Shown: positions 1 through 8,638 of the stretch, in pieces | How the letters are laid out: every line of letters begins with the position of its first letter | How positions within the stretch are numbered: position 1 is the first letter of the stretch | Assembly: GCA_964520705.1 (NCBI GenBank) | Contig: CAZFPS010000005.1 | Location: 1 to 41,169, forward strand | Direction: 5' to 3' | DNA length: 41,169 bases | Source of the DNA: an uncultured Planctomycetia bacterium | Lineage (GTDB): Bacteria; Omnitrophota; Gorgyraeia; Velamenicoccales; JABMQK01 | Program-made: the position numbers and the translations under genes | The notes under the pieces: generated by a model | Database searches by the model: none | The model's input: only the letters and a program-made list of their open reading frames with translations | What the model was told of the DNA's origin: nothing

Positions 1-68
1 ACAATCTAAGGGAATGCTTCAATACGAAAGTGCGAAATAATCCTTGCATTACTGTTCAATACTACATA

Positions 69-97
69 TTGACACCGTGGTTTCATTTGCTTATAAT
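69..97 (+). promoter_or_regulatory. sigma70-type promoter for the DUF192 gene
   Basis: TTGACA (69-74), 17 bp spacer, TATAAT (92-97): perfect consensus, 53 bp upstream of ATG 151. Confidence 0.8.
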
Positions 98-150
98 AGA
101 ACAAGTAGGCTTATATAGTAACAAAATTATATCTCCAACATTCAACAAAA

Positions 151-504
151 ATGGAACCATTAAAGAAAATCATCAACTCCACAAAACATACAATATTGGC
201 AGAAGAAACAGAATTCGCCAATACCCCCTTTAGGCGCCTCAAGGGTTTGCTTGGCAGGACATGCCTAGAAGAAGGACATAGTCTGGTTATCAAGCCCTGC
301 AGTTCTATACATACCTTTTTTATGCAGTTCCCCATTGATGTGATATTTCTGGATAAAGAGAACAAGGTAGCGGCTCTAGCAGAAGCTCTCACGCCCTGGC
401 GGTTGTTTGGAACACCCCTAAAAGGTAAATTGGTCATAGAGCTACCTTCCGGAACAATCACTAGAACTAAGACCTCCAAGGGCGATACTATTGAAATAGA
501 TTAA
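151..504 (+). CDS. DUF192 family protein (often Tad-locus associated)
   Basis: 117 aa with family motifs 'FRRLKGLLGR', 'SIHTFFMQFPIDVIFLD' and 'VIELPSG'. Confidence 0.9.
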   Translation: MEPLKKIINSTKHTILAEETEFANTPFRRLKGLLGRTCLEEGHSLVIKPCSSIHTFFMQFPIDVIFLDKENKVAALAEALTPWRLFGTPLKGKLVIELPSGTITRTKTSKGDTIEID

Positions 505-539
505 ACAAACACCAAACCTATAATTATCTTAAGCAAAAC

Positions 540-568
540 TTGACAAATCTATGTTATTAGGGTATAAT
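540..568 (+). promoter_or_regulatory. sigma70-type promoter for ORF 660-2234
   Basis: TTGACA (540-545), 17 bp spacer, TATAAT (563-568): perfect consensus. Confidence 0.8.
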
Positions 569-659
569 TACTATTGAAACAATGTCCAATCTGATAAGAT
601 AGATAGCATAACATATTGATAATTAAGATATAACATGTCGTTAATGTCCAATATCTATT

Positions 660-2234
660 ATGGGTTACTTGTATAAGCTTAAGCCTGCAGTTGAGCGCTT
701 TATTATTATCCAAAAGCGTAATAATTCTTCTTTAAGCAGCAGAAAGCTAGCGGAGGTTGCTAGTAGTAAGTTTAGTTTTAGTATTTCAAAATCTTCAGTT
801 AATTTACTACTTAAGCAAAAAGGCTTGAGTAGTCCGGTTGGCAGAAGGACCAAAAAGCGTATCAATATTCAGGGTGAGATTCTGCACGGAGGATTTTCGA
901 TTCTGCAAGGGGTCGATTATAAATTAGGCATTTCTAACATAGTGGCCAAAACCCTATTTGATCTACAGCCAGGTGCTTCGCGAAAACTATTGGCAGACAT
1001 GGAGAATACTATTCAAGCGCTTGCAATATTTAAGTCAATATTTGACATAACAATCGAGCCTACAAGATGTTACAGAAATAACGACATTTGGACTCTGGTG
1101 GGTAGTCGGCCTTCAAGATCAGTCTACAACCAAATACTCAGCGCAATTGAAAAGTTGCAACTCACTGCAGATGATATTGTTACATCAATTACAAGATTCC
1201 TGACGCCTGTCTCTGGGTTTAGATTTCAGCTGCGAGACAACAGTAATTTTTTTATTGATGCTGAACTGCAGTCCATATGGAGTACGCCAATAGTAAAAGG
1301 GAGTTTTTATACAACATATGGTAGGGCAATGAGTTATGTAGACAGTTTCTTTGGTGAGGATCAAATATTGCCCATTTTTAATGTGCAGGGTTCCAATTTA
1401 TACTCTCCGGAAGTCCTGGATTTTATTTCAGCCCTAAATGGACAAAACTTGTCTAAGAGAATCAGAAATATTGAGATTATAGATTACGAAGGCAATGTCA
1501 TAGAAACGAGGGCAGTCGAAAACCCGAATAAGAGATTTTTCCTTCTGGGATTCTGGCCTTGGCAGCTGGAGACGATCCCGGTATTCGAGAGAAAGCCAGC
1601 TGGTCATAAACTGACATGGAGCGATTTTGGGACAGAGCATTGCTATCAAATAGAAGAGGTAGATTTATCTCAACATCTTGTGGCGCAAGAGGTTAAGTAT
1701 TTGACGCTCTTGCTAAAGAGTAGCCCGCTAGGTGCAGTGAAGGTGGGTATCCTTACAAATATGCCTGAAGATACAATCCATAACTATTTGTCGACGAAGG
1801 AGTTATATCACTGGATACAGCCTGAATCTATGTACAAGAAATTTATTCAGAGAGTTAAAAAACCTCCTTTGATAGATCTAACTTTACAGCCAGAGCAATT
1901 GGAAGCTGCAAAAATTAAAAATTCTGAGAATAATTTGGATAATATTTTCGCTACATTGGCCCAAATTATTTTTCATCAATTCCAGCAAAAAATCCTACCG
2001 GATAGTTGTCGTTCATGGAGCCAGCTTAAAATCAAAGATGTATTTTTGAGGCAGAAGGCGATTATTAAGAGAAGCAAAGAGTACTTATGTCATAACATAT
2101 TGATTGATAACGAGTTATGTAAAGAAAATGATATTAGATACATCTGCAATCAGCTCAATGACCCCGGCTTGATGGAAAGTCGTTCCAAGCTCCCCTGGTT
2201 TTCGTACACCAAGAATCATCCTAACACACTGTAG
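660..2234 (+). CDS. hypothetical protein with N-terminal helix-turn-helix; possibly transposase-derived
   Basis: 524-aa ORF with its own promoter. N-terminal 'LSSRKLAEVASSKFSFSISKSSVNLLLK' looks like an HTH. The rest has only a weak by-eye resemblance to IS1380-type transposases. Confidence 0.75.
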   Translation: MGYLYKLKPAVERFIIIQKRNNSSLSSRKLAEVASSKFSFSISKSSVNLLLKQKGLSSPVGRRTKKRINIQGEILHGGFSILQGVDYKLGISNIVAKTLFDLQPGASRKLLADMENTIQALAIFKSIFDITIEPTRCYRNNDIWTLVGSRPSRSVYNQILSAIEKLQLTADDIVTSITRFLTPVSGFRFQLRDNSNFFIDAELQSIWSTPIVKGSFYTTYGRAMSYVDSFFGEDQILPIFNVQGSNLYSPEVLDFISALNGQNLSKRIRNIEIIDYEGNVIETRAVENPNKRFFLLGFWPWQLETIPVFERKPAGHKLTWSDFGTEHCYQIEEVDLSQHLVAQEVKYLTLLLKSSPLGAVKVGILTNMPEDTIHNYLSTKELYHWIQPESMYKKFIQRVKKPPLIDLTLQPEQLEAAKIKNSENNLDNIFATLAQIIFHQFQQKILPDSCRSWSQLKIKDVFLRQKAIIKRSKEYLCHNILIDNELCKENDIRYICNQLNDPGLMESRSKLPWFSYTKNHPNTL

Positions 2235-2273
2235 TCACAAGAGAAAGCGCTACCAAAAAAATCAGATTTAGCC

Positions 2274-2302
2274 TTGACTATATATTATATATATGTTATA
2301 GT
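2274..2302 (+). promoter_or_regulatory. sigma70-type promoter (extended -10) of the pilin operon
   Basis: TTGACT (2274-2279), 17 bp spacer, TATAGT (2297-2302) preceded by TGn; it lies directly upstream of the riboswitch. Confidence 0.75.
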
Positions 2303-2317
2303 TTTAGTGCAGAAGGA

Positions 2318-2414
2318 TCGGAAACGAAAAGGTAATCCAGTAGTAAATTCAAAGTTATACTGGAGCGCAAAGCCACGGGACAAAAAATTGTATAGCCGAG
2401 CTGCCGAAATCCGA
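2318..2414 (+). ncRNA. c-di-GMP-I (GEMM) riboswitch
   Basis: 'AAAAGGTAATCCAGTA...TACTGGAGCGCAAAGCCACGGG...ATAGCCGAGCTGCCGA' matches the GEMM consensus (GGYAANCC..GG.CGCAAAGCC.C.G...AGC.G.GYTRCC). P2 is CCAGTA/TACTGG and the closing stem is TCGGA/TCCGA. Confidence 0.85.
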
Positions 2415-2446
2415 GATAAGGAGATTGGTAACTCGGTTTTCTTTTT
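2394..2446 (+). terminator. riboswitch-controlled intrinsic terminator
   Basis: AGCCGAGCTGCCGA pairs imperfectly (G-U pairs, one mismatch) with TTGGTAACTCGGTT and is followed by TTCTTTTT. The 5' arm is the 3' strand of the aptamer. Confidence 0.75.
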
Positions 2447-2453
2447 ATAGCCC

Positions 2454-2753
2454 ATGAAACCAATGAGAAAAAATCATTTAATAGGCATGAAGTTAATAAT
2501 AAGTTTTAATAAGTATTTAAGAAGTACTTATTATTATTTTTTATTTATGATACATGGTTCTGTTTTTGTGGCTAATGCCCTTGCTCTGAAAAAGAGAGTA
2601 GGCCAGTCCGTTTTAGAGTATTTCCTGCTGTTTACAGTTATTATTGTTTTTACGGTTATCGGGGTATCTACATTCTTCCCAAATGTACGGGCTAGTTTTA
2701 ACAGCATTCAGAATGCGGCAATTGAAAGGATAATTCATGCTGGCAATAATTAA
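2454..2753 (+). CDS. Flp/type IV prepilin-like protein (true start probably further downstream)
   Basis: Class III signal 'KRVG|QSVLEY' followed by a hydrophobic helix. Confidence 0.8.
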   Translation: MKPMRKNHLIGMKLIISFNKYLRSTYYYFLFMIHGSVFVANALALKKRVGQSVLEYFLLFTVIIVFTVIGVSTFFPNVRASFNSIQNAAIERIIHAGNN

Positions 2754-2949
2754 AAACAAGCTATATTTAATAGGTCCTATGGATAGGGCAAAGATAAGAT
2801 TAGGGCAATCCGTGCTGGAATATACGATTTTAATAAGCGTAGTTGCGGCTGCGCTTTTGGCCATGTCTCTTTATGTGCGAAGGGCGATACAGGCTAATTT
2901 AAAGACCATTGAATACCAGATTAATTTGGAGTCCAACACCACAAATTGA
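2737..2949 (+). CDS. Flp-like prepilin
   Basis: 'RLG|QSVLEYTILISVVAAALLAMSLYVRRAIQ'. Confidence 0.85.
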   Translation: MLAIIKNKLYLIGPMDRAKIRLGQSVLEYTILISVVAAALLAMSLYVRRAIQANLKTIEYQINLESNTTN

Positions 2950-2950
2950 T

Positions 2951-3184
2951 ATGAAGACAGAAGAGCTAAAAACTAGATTTCACATACCCACGATCGCGCT
3001 AAGCAATAATAGCGGACAAATTATTATTGAATATGTGTTGATGTTTACAGTGATAGTCATAGTAATAGTCTTTGCAGCCACGCACTATATTCAGCCATCG
3101 GTTAATAAGCTTTTTAGAGAGACATCTACGGTTATAAATAACATCGCAGATGATTTTGTAGATGGTGCTTATGATTGGTTCTAG
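2951..3184 (+). CDS. Flp-like prepilin
   Basis: 'NSG|QIIIEYVLMFTVIVIVIVFAA'. Start moved to ATG 2951, immediately after the upstream stop. Confidence 0.85.
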   Translation: MKTEELKTRFHIPTIALSNNSGQIIIEYVLMFTVIVIVIVFAATHYIQPSVNKLFRETSTVINNIADDFVDGAYDWF

Positions 3185-3236
3185 GAATCATACATACGTT
3201 ATACTAAAGACTAAAAAAGAAAGGGGGTGAAGGTAG

Positions 3237-3434
3237 ATGAGGAAGTTGAGAAAGAAAAAAGGCCAGAGCACGGTGGAGTACGTTATTGTATTTACGGCTA
3301 TTGCGGCTGCGATTATTTTTGCGGCTACGCAGATAATTAAGCCGGCGATAAACTCAACCTATACAGAAGCCGCAAACAGTATCGAAAGAGGAGCTACTTA
3401 CTTTGGTAATAGTATAGGATTTGGTAAGATGTAG
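3237..3434 (+). CDS. Flp-like prepilin (candidate major pilin)
   Basis: 65 aa, 'KKG|QSTVEYVIVFTAIAAAIIFAA', strong SD AAGGGGGTGA. Confidence 0.9.
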   Translation: MRKLRKKKGQSTVEYVIVFTAIAAAIIFAATQIIKPAINSTYTEAANSIERGATYFGNSIGFGKM

Positions 3435-3473
3435 CTAATGATTATTCTTTATTCTTAAAGGGGGTGACCAGAG

Positions 3474-3812
3474 ATGTTTAGATACTTAAATAATAAAAGA
3501 GGTCAAAATACAGCGGAGTACGCAATATTAATCGGTGTTATCGTAGCTGCAGCTATAGCTATGCAGATTTATGTCAGGAGAGGAATGCAGGCACGTATAA
3601 AGGATGCCGTGGACTACTCCATGACAAATCCAGGCTCGATATTCAACACCGCTCAGTATGAGCCAGAGTATATGAAATCAAGTTATCAGACGACTTCTGA
3701 ATCTGAAGGTTATGAATCCATGGCCATAGGAGGAGAGGTTACCAGAGGTATCACTAATGAATTCACATCCAGGACAGGTTCATTAACATACACCAATACC
3801 TCTAGTTATTAA
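3474..3812 (+). CDS. type IV prepilin-like protein
   Basis: 'KRG|QNTAEYAILIGVIVAAAIAMQIYVRRGMQ'; SD AAGGGGGTGA. Confidence 0.9.
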   Translation: MFRYLNNKRGQNTAEYAILIGVIVAAAIAMQIYVRRGMQARIKDAVDYSMTNPGSIFNTAQYEPEYMKSSYQTTSESEGYESMAIGGEVTRGITNEFTSRTGSLTYTNTSSY

Positions 3813-3852
3813 TTAAAATTTTTGTAGTCTAATTAATAAGGGGGTGAAACAA

Positions 3853-4167
3853 ATGATTCGTTTATTGATAAAAAAGAGAGGCCAGAGCACATTGGAGTAC
3901 GCCATACTGATCGTTGTAGTTATTATGGCCCTCATTGGCATACAGGCTTATTTAAAGCGGGGTATATCAGGAAGAATGCGCGATTCAGCAGATCAAATCG
4001 GAGATCAGTTCAACCCGGGGTATACCACGTATAATTATTCAACTAGCACATATGCTAAAGTAAATGAAACAGTCGAGGATGGAGCTACTACTACAACGTA
4101 TCAGAATCAATGGTCTGAGCGCTGGGGCAGCGAGACGGTACACAACATGGCGGTAGAGTGGCAGTAA
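3853..4167 (+). CDS. type IV prepilin-like protein
   Basis: 'KRG|QSTLEYAILIVVVIMALIGIQAYLKRG'. The track's GTG at 3844 is part of the SD AAGGGGGTGA, so ATG 3853 is preferred. Confidence 0.9.
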   Translation: MIRLLIKKRGQSTLEYAILIVVVIMALIGIQAYLKRGISGRMRDSADQIGDQFNPGYTTYNYSTSTYAKVNETVEDGATTTTYQNQWSERWGSETVHNMAVEWQ

Positions 4168-4240
4168 AAAGAAGCAAATACCTCTGCCCAATTTTATTTA
4201 TTAGTAAGTAATACATAGCTGGGTAGAGTTGGCAAGAGGA

Positions 4241-4600
4241 ATGATAATGATAAGATTACAAAATAAAATATCAGAATCCAAAACAAGGGGCCAGAGTCTC
4301 GCAGAGTATGGTTTGTTAATCACTGTTGTGACTGTGGCCCTACTTGCCATGCAGCTTTATATGAAGCGCGGTATACAGGGCGTGATTAAATACAGCACAG
4401 ATCAATTTGGCAATCAGGAGTATATGGAGACAGATCCGGAGAAGGTTACCATAACGCATTCAGTTATGCAGTCGATTGGGGATAACGAGAATAGGTTTAT
4501 GCAGGAAGGGACGGCCAGCGGCTTTATGACTACCCTTATAACCGACATGAACACGACCACAACCGGCAACACCACTTATTGGAAAGCAGAGGAATTGTAA
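4241..4600 (+). CDS. type IV prepilin-like protein
   Basis: 'TRG|QSLAEYGLLITVVTVALLAMQLYMKRGIQG'; start at ATG 4241 or 4247 after AGAGGA. Confidence 0.88.
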   Translation: MIMIRLQNKISESKTRGQSLAEYGLLITVVTVALLAMQLYMKRGIQGVIKYSTDQFGNQEYMETDPEKVTITHSVMQSIGDNENRFMQEGTASGFMTTLITDMNTTTTGNTTYWKAEEL

Positions 4601-4602
4601 TT

Positions 4603-4959
4603 ATGGCGAAACGCAATAATTTATTATTTATTAAAAACAGAAATGGACAGACCTCAGGGTTGGAGCTGGCCATATTCATCATCTGCCTGGTGATGGCACT
4701 GATCGCTATGCAGGGTTATATATTGCGTTCAATACAGGGAGGATTGCGGCACTCGTCCGATAAAATAGGCGGCCAGTATGATCCAGAACACACATTTGTT
4801 AATTTTACGACTATCTCCAGAAGTGACATGACCACCGAAGTAGTCGTTGATGTAATAAGAGACATAGTTAATGGGGACTCTATTAATGCCACGACAACAG
4901 TTTTTACAGATTTGGATGAACAGACCAGAACAGGCACAGAAATTGTGGGGGCTTTTTAA
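4603..4959 (+). CDS. type IV prepilin-like protein
   Basis: 'RNG|QTSGLELAIFIICLVMALIAMQGYILRSIQG', with the Glu shifted by one residue; ATG 2 bp after the upstream stop. Confidence 0.85.
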   Translation: MAKRNNLLFIKNRNGQTSGLELAIFIICLVMALIAMQGYILRSIQGGLRHSSDKIGGQYDPEHTFVNFTTISRSDMTTEVVVDVIRDIVNGDSINATTTVFTDLDEQTRTGTEIVGAF

Positions 4960-4960
4960 A

Positions 4961-6124
4961 ATGTTTTGCAAAAGATTGCATAAGTCCGGAGACAGATTAA
5001 GTCACAGGCAATCAGGCCAAGCTCTGTTAGAATTGGCTGTGTTTGGCTCTTTAATATTAATGGTATTAGGAGCTATAGTTAGTTATGGGCTTAGATTTAA
5101 CTTTCAGCAACAAGCTGATATGCATGTATTCCGCAAGGCCCAGGAGTTAGCCATGAAGCACGATAATGATAACCAGCCATATGGTTCTTCTTCATACACT
5201 GTCGTACGGGACAGACATTTACCCGATGCCTCAAATCCGTTTGGTATTGGCGGGGTGTCCCCGGTCATGGCCTCAGCTAGTATTACCAGAGACAACAGGT
5301 TGGATGAAACAGCTATGGATTACGACGGCCTGCCCAAGATGGTTATAAATTTCCAGAGCAGCATAGATGGCCAGTTGGTGGAACAGGAAAAAGTGTATGC
5401 CACAGCAGGATTAAAAAATCAGATAGTATGGACAGGATTTTGGAGCGATACTTATTATGAAGAAGTGATTAAAGGAAAGTATGGCTTAGTGTATGGCAGC
5501 GTGGGCAACTGGTGCGAATACAGGGGTGAAGATGAGTGGGAGAAGAATTGCAAGAATAAAAGAATTCCTATTAGAATTCTTGATTCTGTGGAGGGAGAAG
5601 TATTCGATTATGAGAGCGCTGTGAGCCAGGCGCGATTGATAGTAGATCAGGGTTACTGTGTCTCTGAATGTGACAGACAGAGAAAGGCCGGCGAGGATTA
5701 CGACTATAGCTGTGACAGCGTTTGCAGTTACCCTATTCCAGCTCCTTGGTATGTAGCCGGAGCATACGAGCATCCACAGACAGGGGAGTGGGTCTTTCCT
5801 GAAATAGACCAAATGTTAGTATATCCTGGAGTTGGAAAGCCTATACAAGCCCTGGGGCTTCAGCAGGATTCTGTTCAGCACACAGAGACTGATTTTAGAT
5901 TAGATAAGAGCGAAGACGATGATGAAATCAGGACTACAGACAATGTCTTCTTTAGCACGGTAACCACCAGGAACTTAATATTTAACGACCATCTATCACA
6001 GCCTGACGCGTGGAATCAAGGCGGTGGTTTTGTAATAGCAGAAAGAAATTTGCAGGTTGAGCAGGTAGTAACGAATACAACAGATACCAGGAGTTTTACT
6101 TGGGAGACACCATGGCAAGATTAA
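4961..6124 (+). CDS. large TadE-like minor pilin with Cys-rich domain
   Basis: 'QSG|QALLELAVFGSLILMVLGAIVSYG'; paired cysteines (CVSEC, CDSVC); ATG 4961 abuts the upstream stop. Confidence 0.8.
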   Translation: MFCKRLHKSGDRLSHRQSGQALLELAVFGSLILMVLGAIVSYGLRFNFQQQADMHVFRKAQELAMKHDNDNQPYGSSSYTVVRDRHLPDASNPFGIGGVSPVMASASITRDNRLDETAMDYDGLPKMVINFQSSIDGQLVEQEKVYATAGLKNQIVWTGFWSDTYYEEVIKGKYGLVYGSVGNWCEYRGEDEWEKNCKNKRIPIRILDSVEGEVFDYESAVSQARLIVDQGYCVSECDRQRKAGEDYDYSCDSVCSYPIPAPWYVAGAYEHPQTGEWVFPEIDQMLVYPGVGKPIQALGLQQDSVQHTETDFRLDKSEDDDEIRTTDNVFFSTVTTRNLIFNDHLSQPDAWNQGGGFVIAERNLQVEQVVTNTTDTRSFTWETPWQD

Positions 6125-6366
6125 ATATATATAAATATAAGAGAGCGCAGACGAGCCTAGAGACGACACTGGCTTTGATTTGTGTTTTGATATTATTATT
6201 TGGATCGATAAAAATTTTTATCTGGTTTACGAGCAGAATTGTGCACCGGCAGGAAGATTATGAACTAGGTAGAGCAGCTGCCGGTATGATTGGAGAAGAC
6301 CGGGAAGGAGTGTATGTAGATGAATCGAATTATCCGCCACTTGATATCTTCGGCGAATCTAACTGA
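6112..6366 (+). CDS. TadE-like minor pilin
   Basis: 'KRA|QTSLETTLALICVLILLFGSIKIF'. Confidence 0.8.
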   Translation: MARLNIYKYKRAQTSLETTLALICVLILLFGSIKIFIWFTSRIVHRQEDYELGRAAAGMIGEDREGVYVDESNYPPLDIFGESN

Positions 6367-8638
6367 GAGCGGTAAGCTGATAGCTCAAAAGATTCGCAAA
6401 CTATGCCGGATTTTTCTGCGCAGAGAAAGCGGCAGTTCTCTAAGTGTATTTTCTCACTTAGCCAGAAATGTAAGCGGGCAGATAGCCACTCTGCTTACGC
6501 TGGTTATAGTGGTGATGCTTATAATGGTTTTGGTTATAGTGAATATTGGAGATATTTCGCTTAAAGCCACAGCTGTGGCCAATGCCGCGGACGCAGGCGT
6601 GCTCCAGCTGGCTTCTTCGCTTAGTACAACCGCAGGGACGATGTCAGATGGCCTTGGTGGGGGAATTAAATTTTGTAAGAAAGGCGGCCTATTGGCTGTG
6701 GTTTTAGCAGCTATTCTTGCTATAGCTGCTGTGGCAGTTGCGATTTTGAGTTTTGGAGTAGGTACGCCGTTAGCTCTTATGGCTATAGGTGCGCTAGCTG
6801 GCGCGATCGGCGGTTTTGTCGGAGGGCATATTATGGGATTGAATGCAAGCGGGGTTTGGGCAATGACCCTTATGGGCGCTAACATTGGCATGGCAATCGG
6901 AAGCGGCGCTAGTATTTTTGTTAATCCTGCAGGACCAGCAGCAGCTGCAGAAGGAGTCGCTGGAGCAGGAGAAGTAGCAAAAGAAATGAGCACATTGGCC
7001 AAGGTATGGAAAGCCATATCGAGCGGCTATAATGCCACTTTAGGCAAACTAGTAAAATTGGGTGATGGTTTGATATCTTGGATTAAGTTAGAAATAATAC
7101 AGCCCGCAGCAAGCTTTGTCAAGACTATCCCTGTAATAGGAAAGATAGGAACGGTCCTATCAAAGTTTTTTGGCGCTAACATACTGACAGGTTCAAAGGA
7201 AGCAATAACACTAGGAGAGGCCATGAGTATGATGGCATTTGGTGGTGATGCTATTAACGCCCAGGCCCAAGAACAGCGAAGTTCTATTTCGAGCGCAAAC
7301 AAGATGGCGGCTGCTTTAAATAGGCTACCTGAGAGGGATACGTTTAGAGAAGGAGCATTTTTAGCAGCTTTTTCTAAAATCGTAACTGATCCTAGGACTA
7401 CTATAGATATAAATGATTCCAATAATAACGGCAATACAGATGAAGAAATTCCTTATTTTCAATTCTGGTGGGACGTACGAACAAATTTGATTGAAGAAGT
7501 TAAGACGGATGCTGCGGCTATTATAGCACCTTTGATCCAGAGTTTCTTCGGGAATGAACTAAATGGCCTGAAAAATGATGCTAACAGTATATGTATACCC
7601 AGCCTATCGCGCGTAGATATAGAAGGTTCTAATGGAGAGATTACCGAGCTATGTAGTGTTTTAGAGGATCATGGTTATGAAGTGTCTTTTTGGGAACTGG
7701 GTCCAACACAAGCAGAGATGGATTATTGGAGTGAGTGTATCGAAGAAGATCCGGGATGGCCAGATTGCGATGAGGATTATCTTATAGACCGTGGATACGA
7801 TGGCTTGGATCTGGCTATAGATGAATACGCAGATCGCATAGTGGTTGCTGAGACTCAGGATGATGAAACTTGGAATACTCTTGCTGCCACAGCATTTACC
7901 TCAACACCATCTTGGCTGGAATGGTATTATCAAGATCCAGAGGCACCAGGTTACGATCCGGAATTCGATGTCTCCTTTCCTTACATATTTGGTAAAATTA
8001 GAGATGGTAATTCTGAAATGGGTTTTCAAGGCATGAACGAGTGGATACAACGACTAGAAATTATTAAAAATTCTCTTCCAGATTGTCAGTATGATCCAGT
8101 AACGTTCGCGATTACAAATGCGCCTTGCAAGAGCCCTCCTGGAGTTTCGCCAGCTTATTATACAATTGACACAAATCCCGATGATGATTTTCAGCCTGTA
8201 TATAACCGTATAGCCCAGATAATAGGCATTGCAGAAGATTTCAGCGCTGAGTCAGAAGATTTTGGCAGCAATCTAAAGAGTGTCTACGATGCCAATCTTG
8301 GTCCTTTAGATCAACTTGCCGGTGGCCTGAATCCAGCGACTTATGACTGGACAGATAAACAGGGCGGTGTGCATAAAGTAACAGTGGAGACAAAGTATTT
8401 CCCAATTCCTGAAATAACAAAAAGAAAAAGCGGCAACTGGTTATGTAAAAAGACCTGCTGGCACCTTAACAACTATTCCGATAATGGGTCCAGAACTCAG
8501 ATCAAGATTATCAGAGAAGATCCCAGTGAAAGAGCAGTAGGCATATTGGGTTTCTGGAAGACCGGTAAGATAGAGAAGTCAGCCAGCGCCTCGTGGAGCT
8601 ATAATAGTCGACCAGAGTTAACGAATATGCCATGGTAG
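6320..8638 (+). CDS. TadG-like large pilin/tip protein (start uncertain)
   Basis: 'SG|QIATLLTLVIVVMLIMVLVIVNIG...AVANAADAGVL' is a Tad/TadG N-terminal signature. It is followed by a Gly/Ala hydrophobic region and an acidic, Cys-containing C-terminal part. Confidence 0.8.
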   Translation: MNRIIRHLISSANLTESGKLIAQKIRKLCRIFLRRESGSSLSVFSHLARNVSGQIATLLTLVIVVMLIMVLVIVNIGDISLKATAVANAADAGVLQLASSLSTTAGTMSDGLGGGIKFCKKGGLLAVVLAAILAIAAVAVAILSFGVGTPLALMAIGALAGAIGGFVGGHIMGLNASGVWAMTLMGANIGMAIGSGASIFVNPAGPAAAAEGVAGAGEVAKEMSTLAKVWKAISSGYNATLGKLVKLGDGLISWIKLEIIQPAASFVKTIPVIGKIGTVLSKFFGANILTGSKEAITLGEAMSMMAFGGDAINAQAQEQRSSISSANKMAAALNRLPERDTFREGAFLAAFSKIVTDPRTTIDINDSNNNGNTDEEIPYFQFWWDVRTNLIEEVKTDAAAIIAPLIQSFFGNELNGLKNDANSICIPSLSRVDIEGSNGEITELCSVLEDHGYEVSFWELGPTQAEMDYWSECIEEDPGWPDCDEDYLIDRGYDGLDLAIDEYADRIVVAETQDDETWNTLAATAFTSTPSWLEWYYQDPEAPGYDPEFDVSFPYIFGKIRDGNSEMGFQGMNEWIQRLEIIKNSLPDCQYDPVTFAITNAPCKSPPGVSPAYYTIDTNPDDDFQPVYNRIAQIIGIAEDFSAESEDFGSNLKSVYDANLGPLDQLAGGLNPATYDWTDKQGGVHKVTVETKYFPIPEITKRKSGNWLCKKTCWHLNNYSDNGSRTQIKIIREDPSERAVGILGFWKTGKIEKSASASWSYNSRPELTNMPW

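Noticed and set aside
30-479. ORFs 30..233 (+) and 111..479 (-)
   Set aside because: They overlap the well-supported DUF192 gene and its promoter.
660-2234. Active IS element
   Set aside because: I found no terminal inverted repeats, target duplication or clear catalytic triad.
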